From positions 563,393-627,392 of the forward strand of contig NMRA01000087.1 in assembly GCA_002633005.1 (NCBI GenBank): a DNA stretch of 64,000 nt, in the 5' to 3' direction. The notes under the pieces are model-generated. The model was not told where the DNA came from and did not search any database. It saw nothing but the letters and a program-made list of their open reading frames with translations. Position numbers and translations under genes: made by a program. This stretch comes from Phoronis australis. Taxonomy: Eukaryota > Animalia > Phoronida. This document shows, one piece after another, positions 51,901 to 64,000 of this stretch (its first letter is position 1; each line of letters starts with the position of its first letter).

Positions 51901-54900
51901 ATGTATGCCATTTCATAGCTTACCTGTGTTGATGAACCTTTCTACTTTCAACTTATTCTTACGTTTAGATCGTTCTGAGGAACAGCGAACACCCTCCCAT
52001 AATGCAAGGCACGTCGTGGACTTTGGCGGCTCCTTATAAAGAACAGAGATTTCATAGGACACCGAGTGAGTCTATTGCTAACAACTACACGCCAAGTGCT
52101 AGACACATCAAGATGAAAGACCTAGCAAAAATACGACCAACGGGTAAGTGATTTTTTATTGTGTGTAAAGTGAAACTTGCTAGTTTTACCTCATATTGCC
52201 AGCATCCAAGAACTGAACAACATAAATTGCTCTTTTAAAATTTTCTGGCACTGTTCTTTAATCAGTACACTTCTGGTTGTCTAGACTATTGATCAATGAA
52301 ACTGAATCGACTAATTACACATTTGTATTATTTATTCACAAAGTAAATTTTTTGCGAGTTAGTAGGTATTTTCACTGCCGTGCACAAAATGTAGTAAGAT
52401 TTCTATTCTCATTGCAAATGCTACTGATTGTTGTCAGGTGGTACAGTTACATATCCAAATCCCTTCATGTGATCACTGATTCTTTAAACACTGTAGGGCA
52501 AGAGATTTTTTTTAGTTTTTCTGTAGTGTCATTCCCCACTGTTGTTGAAAATATTTTGTGCTAAATGTTTTAATTAGTCAATAATAAACAACTTGCCACG
52601 AGTGTCTCATTAAAAAATAATATGTTACTGCTTGTTTGTCAACATCTTACTAAGGGGACCTGTTTTTCCGACCTCAAATGTCAAATTATCTATTAGATAA
52701 ATGGGATTTTGGATTTTTTGAATTTTGTGCTGCTTTTAATACTCAGACTCTATTTTAATTGAAAATGTCAGCTGTTAAAAAGAACACAAACAAATCCTAT
52801 CAACCTTAGACGACAGCTTATCATCAGCTTTCAATTACTTATTATTTATATTGACGCAGTCTGTCAACAGCGCAGTTATTTAACTAATAACTAGCAATCA
52901 CCGTACCTGTCAGCTAATTCCAATAATTAGACACAGGTAATCTAGCTGATGAACTGGGTTGCTGAGGCTTAATCAACACATCTCTTCGTGCCATTTGATA
53001 GCACAACTTATTGATTTTTCGGCTGTGCTATGTTTGTTGAGCTAATAAAGTCATTGATAATCAGACTCCTAATGTTCATTAACATATGTTAAGTAGTGGC
53101 CTAGTAATGCTAATTTAGTGAATTACCTAAGTGTAAAAAATGAACATTTGCAAATACCTAATAGTAATTAATTGGAAATATCGAGTAGCATCTTTGTCTT
53201 GACTTGTAGTTCTAACTACTTTCAATGACAAAATCCTTGGGAATAACTTCACCATTCATCTGATGAAGGTTAGATACTGTCAATCGCTGAGACAAAGTTT
53301 TAGTGGTGTCCTTGGAGTTTTTGTTTCATATTAATTATTACTGAATGGATGAGTTGTACAGTTGTCTTTATTGATTTTGACTACATTGATATGCAGTGAC
53401 CGCGTTGCTGAACCACATTTCCTCTTCTTTCAGCGATTCTCATGTTTCATGTGTTCTGAATAACATTAACAATATATTGATCTTTCAGAACTATCTCTGT
53501 GCTATGTAGAGGCATTTTGAAATAACAGTTTAACTAGTACATTCCACTGTCACTTTGATTTTAAAATAGAATTAATGTAATGTAAAAATACAACATTGTT
53601 TCGGTGTCTATTTCTCAGACCCTCCGTCTCCAAGACTAACAAAACGACAGAAAACTGAGCCACTACAAATTTCACCACGAAATGGAAAATTCAAGGAGAC
53701 ATCACCAAGAAGTAAAAAACAAAAAGTACAACAGAACGGGTAAGTGCTGTGTCATCCCTGCACAATGTAGAGTTGTTATAGATATCTGTTAATTATTCTA
53801 AATTTGTATCTGAGTTCAAGAGAAATGAATCATGTCTAGGTAGTTATTGTTTTAGTGTCTATTATGGCATTCAGTATGTTATCATTGTTTAGCGACACTG
53901 TGTTTATATTGATTGTGAGTGTGAATATTTAAATCTTTGAATGCAAATATAGATTACATGCATTTGTACAAATTGCATCTTTCATCAATGAATTTTTATT
54001 TTCGATTACAAAATTAAGCTTGAAATTCTGAATTGGCTATTTGCATTTATTTCCTTATGCCCTAACATTCCGCGTAGCATAGTTGACGTTCAGGTATTTT
54101 CTCTTGTCAAACTGTTTGCAACGACATTGGTTGAACACACACAGTCTGCTTAAACATATAATCCCCGTTCATGTCAGTGTGTCACAGAATTTTTCTGAAA
54201 TCTTGAGAGTTTATCTCAGGAACATAAAAAATGCATAATTATTAGATTTGTACACTCGAATAAAACTTTAGTCTGTAAAAATTCTATAGAAAAGACTCAC
54301 ATGAACAGGGATTCAGTGAATTTGTGGGCTTGTCTCTGACAAGCTGCTATTGTTTTTTCATCCAAGGTTCGCCACGTGTCATGTTCTATTTATGCTTTTG
54401 TTGTTATCTATTAGACACACCAACGGCTGTGCTGAGCGAATGTCACCAGTTCTACCACCCAGCCGACCATTGAGTCCCGGCGAGCAGATGGATATTATTT
54501 TATGTGCCGAAGTGGAGTATGAAAAAACTGTTGGACTTCCAACAGAGCGAGACATGGATGTAAGTGGTTACACAATCATGCAACTTATGTCATGTGGAAC
54601 TGACTCATCACCATCAGTGTTAAATTTAGTATATCCGTGCAGCCAGTATTTGTAAACAGTCTGTCAAACCCTTTGTCACAACAGACTTTAGTATGCTTAG
54701 AGATAAATGTGAAAAGCAGTGTTGTGAAATGCTCAAAAACAAGTCAGTTTTGTCGCCCTGTATGGGGATTCGTTACGTGAAAAGTGACTGAAGACTGAAG
54801 ACAGAAATTAGGTCATGCTCCCTCTTCACAAATATCAAATAAACATTAAGTTATGTAGTTATTAACATATCACTTCCTGGAAATAATTTGTACAAATTTT

Positions 54901-57900
54901 CTCAGTGAGTAGAAGTTATGTGTATGTTCTCAGGTACTTTTTCCTATTGCTCAGGTGACATTTAATTATTTTTCAGAAATAGTTATTTGGAGTGTACAAC
55001 CAAAATTCTGTCTTGTCTAACTCACTTTTCATACCCATGTTGTTATATAAGTCACATCAATGGTGTTCTAAATCACAAATTTGGTATTAAATATTGCACT
55101 GCAGTCATGGTGGTTTTGAATGTATGCTTTACCTACTTTGTGCCGACTCAAGAAAATCGTCATTTATTTTTGACTACCAGTTCTGCTTCCCACAGATGAA
55201 ACCGTTTAGGTGCAATCAATGGTGGATATTGTCAAAATATGAATGACAGGCTTTACTCTTGTCGAATAAATCTAATCACTGTCATGTGGTTGTTGCAGCG
55301 CTACTACTACTACATACAGAAGGGAATCAAGAAAGACATGTTGGCCCCTCAGCACCCCGATGTGATGAAGCGTGTTACAGACCTGATTCCCAGCCATCTG
55401 AAGACAAACCCTGACTTGACTGTCCTGACCAACGACCTGAAGAGTGAGGTCGACCATGATTATGAGTACAGTTTGAGGCAGTCGATTGGTGAGTCGAGGA
55501 GGTTGTTTAATGGAAGTAGTCTAAAGTGTTATTGTAGTTTTTGTATGGTGTCGGTGGCATGGTGTCGGTGGCATGGTGTCGGTGGCATGGTGTCGCTGCC
55601 ATGGTGTCGGTGCCATGGTGTCGGTGCCATGGTTTCGGTGCCATGGTGTCGGTGGCATTATGCGACAGTCCTGATGGCTTGTCACTGTGCAGTTGTTATA
55701 ACTGTGCATATAACTGTCATACAACTAGGCATTCAAAGGAAATTAGCTACCTGTTTCGATTTTAACTTTTGTAAAAATACAAACCCCTGACTATCCTGGA
55801 AAGGCATTTTTGTAATTGTATGTGTCTTAAAATTCACCCTTACTTATCACAGGTTTCTTATTGTTTCTTGAAGTGGAACTCTCTTATACAAAGCCTTACA
55901 TTGCTTTGTTGAGGTTTGTTAAGTATTTGTTGTAGTACCTGAATAATACAAGTGGGAGTAACTCATGTAAACTTGTTTAAAATTCTTTTATTCTAGTCGA
56001 CTACATTTTAAAAGATCCTGAGGAGAAAGATCGTCTTCACATAGACTGGATCCCACGGCCATTCCCTCAGCGAGTGCTCCGTGCCCCGGTGCCATGGCAT
56101 GAGTCATATCTCCAGGCTAAGGAGTACAACGTCGTCAACTTGTTCACGGTCAACCCCATAATGTTGGAGCTCCAAAATGTCTGGTTTGACAGGTAAGACT
56201 TTCTGATATCTTCCCCTAATTTTTTTTGCATTTCTGTCTTGCACATTCATTACAGCAGACAGTTTTGTTATAGAACTTGGTATAGACCTTGGCTTGAATC
56301 TGTCTACCAAAATGTTTGATGGAATTGATTGACTGGTTTTGTATCAGAAATTTGTGTATAAAGGTGATTTTTTCATGTGTTGCAATGAGATGAGGTGGAT
56401 TCAATGACCTTAAACATTCTTCCCCTGACAACCTGGCTTAAGTGAGAGAATGTGACAGTTAGATTTGACATGGTCGAGGACTAGATAGTCGAAGGAGTGG
56501 GCTTATTCGCCAGAAAAATGAAAAGTTAGGGGCTTATAGGTATATATACTAATATTATGTATCTATCCCATCCATGTGATTGGCAGGTTCTCTCACCTGA
56601 GATTCATCAATCTTAATGAGCTGCTGTCTGCTGACCTGCCTCTGTTGCCGAACGAGTTTGAATCATTGGTCAAGAAACAGTGCTGGGAGGCTCACGAGTT
56701 CCTACGGAAGACGTAAGTGATTCTTTTGTCACTGGCTTCACCAGATTGGAGTCATGTAAAGAAGAGATCTTTATTTTTTAGTATTACCAATTTATTTTGA
56801 TTTTATTCTATAAATTTTCAATCGTTCTCAGTCGGAATCTAACCAATGCAAACAAAAGAGGAAACAGTTTTGAAGATGTGATATGTTAGGTATATGTTAA
56901 CAGCTGAGCATGTAAAATACCTCTGTAAGTTTAACATGCCCTAGATATAGAAGATTTACATTGTGCATTAACCGCTCTTATCCAATTGCGCATAATTTAT
57001 TACAAATTTACTGAAAATGCACTCTTTTTAGAGATTGTCCGTATCAGAGAGTGCAAGAAGCCCAATGTATTTTGTTGTATTTCATGCCACTGTGCCAATA
57101 CACAATACCCTAATTCATCGAAGACATGCCTTTATAAACAACCCATTTACTGGTTATGATGTTTACCATTTGAGTGGATGCTCATGCAATGGACTATGAA
57201 AACTGCATAACCAATATACAACCGTTTCTCTCGGTAGTTGGGTGCCGACGTGTGCCAAGATCTTTCTGGACCGCAAAGAACACTGGGAGCACCTGGTTCC
57301 CCAGGATGACGGTGACTCCACTGAGTTAGTGCAGCAGTTCTTCAGTTGCGTGGCGGCGCTCATGTCCATTCAGTTGCGCCAGATGGTGGTCAACTCCCTG
57401 CAAGACTTCCTCACCTTCTTTGAGATCCACAAGGTATAGTGTTGCATTATGTTGCATCGTATTGTATCTCATTGTTGTATTGTATGATTCTGTATTGTGA
57501 TATACTGCATGGTGTTCAAGTGAGGATACTGCATGGTGTTCAAGTGAGGATACTGCATGGTGTTCAAGTGAGGATACTACATGGTGTTCAAGTGAGGATA
57601 CTGCATGGTGTTCAAGTGAGGATACTACATGGTGTTCAAGTGAGGATACTGCATGTGCATGCCATGGATCACAGATGTTAATGTGATGCTGGAACTTCCT
57701 TATTGAGGAAATTACTTCTTGGGAATTACTGTATGTCCTTATGTGTGCGAAATCCTTGGGGAAAACCCATGCAGATACTTTTAAAGTATTATGTTGGCGT
57801 AGCATGACTTGTCCATTACAAAATAATAGATGTTGAAATGTATTCAGTCCAAAGTAAACCATTTATTGTGAAAAATACAAAGACGGTGCATTTAAATCAT

Positions 57901-60900
57901 TCACGTGAACAATGGAGTTCAATCTGCAGCAGTGTGTGAAGCACTGTTGTTTGTGTTCCTGTTTTCCAAACACTTGACTGGATGTTTTTGTTGAAACATC
58001 GCATTATTTTAGATACAGTCACATGTGCCTAAATGGGTTCATATACTGTAATAGCTGCTACAGGCATGAAGGCCAGTAGACAATGGAATGCTGTGAAACT
58101 TTCTTGCTTTCAAGAACTGTGAAGAACAGCTTTTTCAGCCCATCTGATGTTATTGTTATTTTTCATAGAATGGCAATGACTTTGAGGGAGACTTTGATGA
58201 GCTGCAGTATGTGATGGCCCAGGTGATGATTATCAAACTGCACACAGAGGACCCCAAGATTGTGTTTGACCCCCCATTCAGGGAGTGTCGTGACATCATC
58301 CTTAGGTGTTTTGCTGAGATCATTGCCAGTGCTGAGGGCCTGCCAAGGGTAGGTGATGAACACATTTCCTGTTGTCTGATGCGTTTGTCTCTCAGAAGGT
58401 CTAGTTAGTGATATTGAAGAATTGTGAAGACTGAAACATGGAAACAGGCGATATGCTTGGATTGATCCATAGTTTTTAGTCATTTCCGTTAAAAAGATTA
58501 CCCAATCATTGTATTGTAGCAACTGCCTTGACTAGTTTCAGTTTGTACAATTCTGCTACTGATTTTGAGGAGCCCAGGTAAAATCCAGCATACACATCCC
58601 AGTGCTCTTTTTGCCACCAGGTGGAGTGTGAGCTGTTCCCTGACATGAGAGGTCAAAAGTTGTTGCTGAGGTCGGTTCACCTGGATGAGTCATTGGTTAC
58701 AGAGTTCATGGACAAGGCTATGGCCATATTCAAGAAGAACACTGTCGGACCACAGAAGTAAGTAACTTACTTGACAGTTCTAGTAAATTGTGACAGATGA
58801 CCACTTTGGTTTGCTACCTTTCTTAACTGATGTATTTACGTTAACTTTATTTTACCTGTCAGATATTTGGGGCAATGCAGTAATTTTTAGCTTTTTGTCT
58901 TGACATGGGCGCTTTATTCAGTGTGCACAGTTATTGGCTTAACAAGGTTTGTTGCTGTCTAATGACGATATATTACCTACAAAATTGTACGTGTTTTAAA
59001 CATGTCAAAAACAAGATCTGGTTTTTAGAAGAAGTATTTCTTGAGAGTGTAGCCACTCCTAAGTTGACCGGCATAGTGTTGTCTCAAGGGCTGCAGACCG
59101 CCGTCAAGCCAAGCTGGTGTTACCTGCCATTTTGCTATTATGCTCTGTTGCAAAACTACAAGACCACCATATATTATGACGCAGTGTGTATGAGGGGGCG
59201 TGCGCTGTCTTGCCCCTCATTCTTTAACATACATTTGTCTCGTTGACAGGTACTTAAACACCTACAAGAAATATGCCGATCTGTTGAACAACAAGGCTGA
59301 GCAAGATGTTTCTACCTTTCTGAAAGAGGAGCACTCCATTCAGGCCTTCAAGACGGTAGGTCTCTCTCTACTAGTTGTCTACTAGCCATTACATTTCATT
59401 TTATTTGCCTCTGCTCTGCATCTTGACTACTGTTTGATAGCCCAACCCAAATAACCACGTGGCTTATTCTTTTACTGTTTCTCATTATCTTCTTATGTGC
59501 CTTTTATTGCATTCGAATTGAGAATTCTAATTTGCTGTTAACCATGTAACACTTGGTCTTGCAAACTGTGCTTTTTTTCAATTAATCCTTATGTTCTCCC
59601 ATTTCTTTACAGCCAATAATCCCTCCAGCTTTGTAAGCCAGTGTTCGTTCCCTACTAGTACTAATGATAACTCTTCGTAAATGTGACTTTTATTTTAGCC
59701 TCATGATCTTCACCTCTCTATTGATAAACTGAGAAAAGTAAGAAGGTCGCCTAGTCAACCAGCTTTCAGATAGTTTAGAAGCTAGATTTTAGCATGTCGA
59801 ATCTTGTTGAGTCTGCTTTAATTTATGTTTTAGCTTGGATGCCTGGGCCATTGTGGGAATTACCTTCGAAATAGGTGTTGTAGGAATTGATCGTTTTTGG
59901 ATGTTGTGAAAGCAATGACAGAAATGCGAATTCTGATTTAAAAGCAAAGTCTCCGATTGCGAAATATATCGTTTCTCCTTTTCACTATTTTAATAAAATA
60001 TTTCACTTCCATTTGACTTGTTCTCAAAATTTTTGAATTTACAGCTTATCTGTTTACATCTTATTTTCTGTGCTTTGGAAATGGCCGAGTTGTTCAAATT
60101 TATCTCTCAAACTGTAATTTGGCATTAAGTGTCATTATAAAATATCTGTTTCATATGAAATAGTCTTGACTGTTGAAACAAATATTTGCCTGCCACTGTG
60201 TATTTCTTTATTTCTGTAATCCACAATCTTTGTGTGCATGTGCTGCTAGAATATCAGTTAGCAAAAGATATCCATGTAAATTTTGCATCGTGGACTGTTG
60301 CTGTCTGTTGTGTTCCTTTAGATGTGACAGTCATTGTGCGCCATGTTATTGGTCGAGGTGTGTAGAGTAGGTGACGAGTGGTTATTGTTTGGTGACGCTC
60401 TCGTAGTCTTCTCAGTCATTGATTCCGAGGCATTCGCTTCCTACTTCTGCAATGCTTTGCATGTACACTCATGTTGATTTGTACTACTAAATGTTTTGGC
60501 TGCTCTGAGTATTTCCATGAAATCAGACATTCATGACATTTTCTCTGATCTGATGGCTGCCAGCAGATGGCTCTTTTTTATGAAAAACATTCTTGGTATT
60601 TTATGTCTGTCTCCAAACCAGAACTGAATGCTGAAAATGACTGAAAGTGTATGCTTTTCATTTAGTTTTGATCGTACACTGAAATTCAATAAAACAATGA
60701 GTCATTTCTAATTTAAAGATACATCTCATTTTTTTCTTGGAGTACACTCTGTCAAGTGAGTGACTTTATCAGATGTTCAACAGTTGACAGAGTGTAGAAT
60801 TAAACTTGATATGAAGACCACTGGAAGAATGATGGTGACTACATGCACACAAGTCTAGTGTCTTATTTGAGTTTCTCTTTTGTTATAGAAAATCACAGCC

Positions 60901-63900
60901 TACATGGACTTGAAAGATGAGATTGCTTTGCTGCGGATCACGGTTCCTCTGAGTATGTTCTGTCTAGACTGCACAGCTCTAAACCAGGATCTGGGTGTTC
61001 GTGCCCACAAACTGAAGGAGAAACTCATTGAGTTTGAGATTAATGAGAATAGAGAGCTCAACAGAAGGTTTGTACTTTGTAGACCTTTGTGTGATACAGT
61101 TTTAGTAATGATGCACTGTTTTTAATATACATTTTTAAATCCAGATCTTTTAATTTTACATCCCGTGATTCTTTTTTCACCTATCAGCGAAGAGGTGAAA
61201 AGCATGGTCCAAGTGAAGCTGAACATTTGAATAAGATAGTTGACATTGTGCCAAGGATTATTTGTAATTCTTAGACTTAATACAAGTTTGATAAAATGAC
61301 CCCCAGATGGAGCTGCATTCCATCATACAAACAGTACATAACTGACTTAGATTCAAATGCTCTTGTCAGAGTATTAATGAGCCCAGCCACTGTCATCGTT
61401 TGACCTTCCCTAATAACTTGTACTTTGTGCCTTAGTATCTGCAAGCGCTACGATGAGATCGCAGCCAAAGTCAGCGACATACCAGACACCACAGACGCCC
61501 TGGTGGCCCTGCAGGAGTACCACAAGGAGGTGGGTTGGGGATTTTAATGTACTTTGATAGTCAAGCATTTTCCTTGGGACCTAGAAGTTTGCTGTTTTAG
61601 TTAATACCTTTTGTATGAGGCTCGTTCTGGGGATTATTCCCATTTGCTGGGCAATTTTGAATGTTTCACTGACTAGTCATTTTGTGTGCAATTAATTGCA
61701 ACCCTGTGCTTTAGACTTTCTCCTTACCCAAATATGTATGACGAACAAAATTTCCATTGTGAAACTTTACTACAGTATAGTTATTTTTGCTGGTAAAGGC
61801 TGGGGAAGAGATTAAATTTGACAGGGAAATCTTACGATAATGTTATCGTGGTATTTCATACCTGCTGCGACAATCCCATCTCCCTGCCCCTGATCCATTT
61901 TTTGTATGCTTTTCCAAACTGTTTGATTTGGGGCAGTGTGTTACAAGGACAGCTGCACTCATCTGCTCATTATAATTTCTCATTTGTGGGGTTGGAGTTC
62001 AGCTCTATATCCTATAAGGAGGTGTTGTTCACAGGATGCATAGTAGTGCCTCGTCTTGGTTCTTTAATATAACCCCTCGGCTCACTGAAATTGTATGCTT
62101 TCCACTCTTGTTCAATTGCTTTAATATGTGTTTGTGATGTCATTGTACTTTATTCCATGACAGAGCTCTACGGTGACAGCGTACAAGCTAAAAGATGAGA
62201 TTGACGAAGCCGCCAATAGGCTGATGTTCCTCTTGGACTATGCCCACTTCCCACGTGAGTTAACCAATCACCAATGAGCAATACACACTGAGTGTTATGG
62301 AGATTCCATGCTCACAGTTTTGTGTCTTCCGTTTGTAGCTTGAACTAAGAGGTTTAACTTTTGAATTGTGTTGGCTGCAGTCAAGGTGATATATTTTGAC
62401 AGTTGAGGTGTTTTTTCAAAGCTGTGTTATTAATAGATCAAAGTGTAATTGACACTCTACATTTCCAGAGCAGCAGTGCTAAAATTAGATTTTCAATTGT
62501 AAAAGTGTACGCCACATATTTATAAGACCAGTACATCTAAGACATATGCATTTATTATGAGCTGTGCTTGATGTATGCTGTTTTTCAAGTAACTAATTGA
62601 TAGCACCACCTTTTGTTTGGTTTGATCAGATGAAGACCTTAAGATCAACAGTACAGTGTTCCACTGGCCAGAGTACATTCAAACAGTGTTTGATATGTCG
62701 ACAAGTCGGATACAGTCGAAGAGGGAACAGGCTGAGGAGGAGCTTAAGAAGAAAGTGCAGGCATTTGAGACTCTGCTCAATGACTACAATAAGGAGGTGG
62801 AGTCATTCCGCAAGAAGGAGGTAACTATGTAGTTGATTGGCAGTTTTGATTGTCAGTTTGCATGTGTTAAAACAGTTTGCCATTATGGTGGTTTAGAGGT
62901 CACTACACTGTATTTTTGCCAATGAGTGTGTCTTCATGAAAGTTATCTTTACTTTATGACAGTCATGGTGATCAAAAGATGTAAATATTGCTCTGGATTG
63001 ATTGCACTGTCATAACTTACTTGCACAAATATGCAACTGTATTATAACTACTGGGTATAGCAGTGGTGGTTAAAACTCTTTATTTAAAACATGCATTAAC
63101 TTGATGTACTTGAAGATATGTCACAAAAGCAACAATTTGGTTGTGTTGAGCAGTATTTGCCGACCTCACAAGATATAGATCTCTGAACATGATTGTTGTG
63201 GTCTTGTTTATAAATGTTCAATGTCCCTGCTTCTTTGCTGTGTAGTTTGCTTCAGTTCTTATTAACCAGCTTTGTTATAACTGTTGTGTCCCAGCTCAAT
63301 GTCTTCTTGTTCTGTCAATAACCTGCCTATAACACCCTTTGTGCTTACCGTCCATCTTAAGGGAGCTGAATGTACTGTACTGTCCAAAGAGATGGAAACA
63401 TTTCGCAAGAAGGAAATTGTAAGTTGTGTATTTTTACCCTAAAATGTTTCTCTTATTGCTCTAATTGCATTTACTCGTCATTCTGTTTCTTTATGCTCTA
63501 ATAGTTCATGATTAACACATTTTTCATCTTGTAGGCTTATCATACTATCCTAAAAATCATATGTACTATTCTAGAACTTCAGTAGCTGCACTCCTTCATG
63601 TCTTCGTGTTGTAACCACTGCTCTCCTGTATTCCCGCTGCTATTTCACTGTGAATGTCCTTTCTAATGCAGAATCTAAAATTATGCCTTTTGTAGTATTG
63701 TTCACAAACATTGATTTAAATTTATAAAACTTGCTTATAATGTCACCTTTTACACAATTTTACAAATACTTTAAACAAACTTGACACCCCGTGTTGTACA
63801 GATCATGAGCCAAGATGAGATGAAAACCAACGTGGATCAGCTGAAAACACTACATGAGAACCTGGAGCAGGCGCGCGACCGGCTGGAAGAGATTAATAAA

Positions 63901-64000
63901 GAGGAAGTGTTGCTAGAATGGGAGGCCAGTCAGTTCCCCTTGTTACAGCAAATGTTCATAACCAAGGATCCATACGACAAGCTGTGGAATACGGCACTGA
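48930..64000 (+). CDS. DNAH3: Dynein axonemal heavy chain 3, N-terminal tail; first 17 coding exons, gene runs off the window
   Basis: GT-AG exons with consistent phase: 48930-48950 (tentative), 51290-51391, 51969-52143, 53619-53739, 54415-54559, 55299-55488, 55997-56192, 56587-56712, 57238-57433, 58169-58348, 58621-58757, 59250-59355, 60889-61067, 61436-61529, 62164-62254, 62630-62820, 63802-64000+. Peptides TSWTLAAPYKEQ, SIANNY, RYYYYIQKGIKKDMLAP, RAPVPWH, KYLNTYKKYADLL and ITVPLSMFCLD match my recollection of vertebrate DNAH3. Confidence 0.93.
55545..55657. repeat. Intronic minisatellite, 14-bp unit x8
   Basis: Unit (G/C)CATGGTGTCGGTG. Confidence 0.9.
57501..57655. repeat. Intronic minisatellite, 24-bp unit x6.5
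   Basis: Unit ATACT(G/A)CATGGTGTTCAAGTGAGG, head to tail with no spacers. Confidence 0.92.

Noticed and set aside
57501-57655. 24-bp repeats as a CRISPR array
   Set aside because: Head-to-tail units with no spacers, in a eukaryotic intron, with no cas genes.

Overview
AT-rich eukaryotic (invertebrate animal, probably lophotrochozoan) genomic DNA with one 23-N gap. The left ~47 kb is a decaying, transposon-riddled segmental duplication. It carries a small family of intronless secreted proteins built from three 4-Cys half-VWC/fibronectin-type-I-like modules with Thr-rich linkers: two intact genes (36394-37080, 42585-43154), one pseudogene split by a TTAA-flanked Kolobok-like element, and two positions where the gene appears deleted. 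Also present are an intronless orphan class A GPCR (21329-22312), a full-length degenerate Tx1/L1-clade LINE and a truncated LINE nested in a hAT remnant, a Penelope-like remnant with inverted pLTRs and degenerate hammerhead cores, a three-copy foldback DNA element carrying a tRNA-like Pol III cassette, and several MITEs/SINEs. From 48930 to the end lie the first 17 coding exons of axonemal dynein heavy chain DNAH3, with a candidate extra 57-nt cassette exon. All calls come from reading by eye and recalled family motifs; no searches were run.
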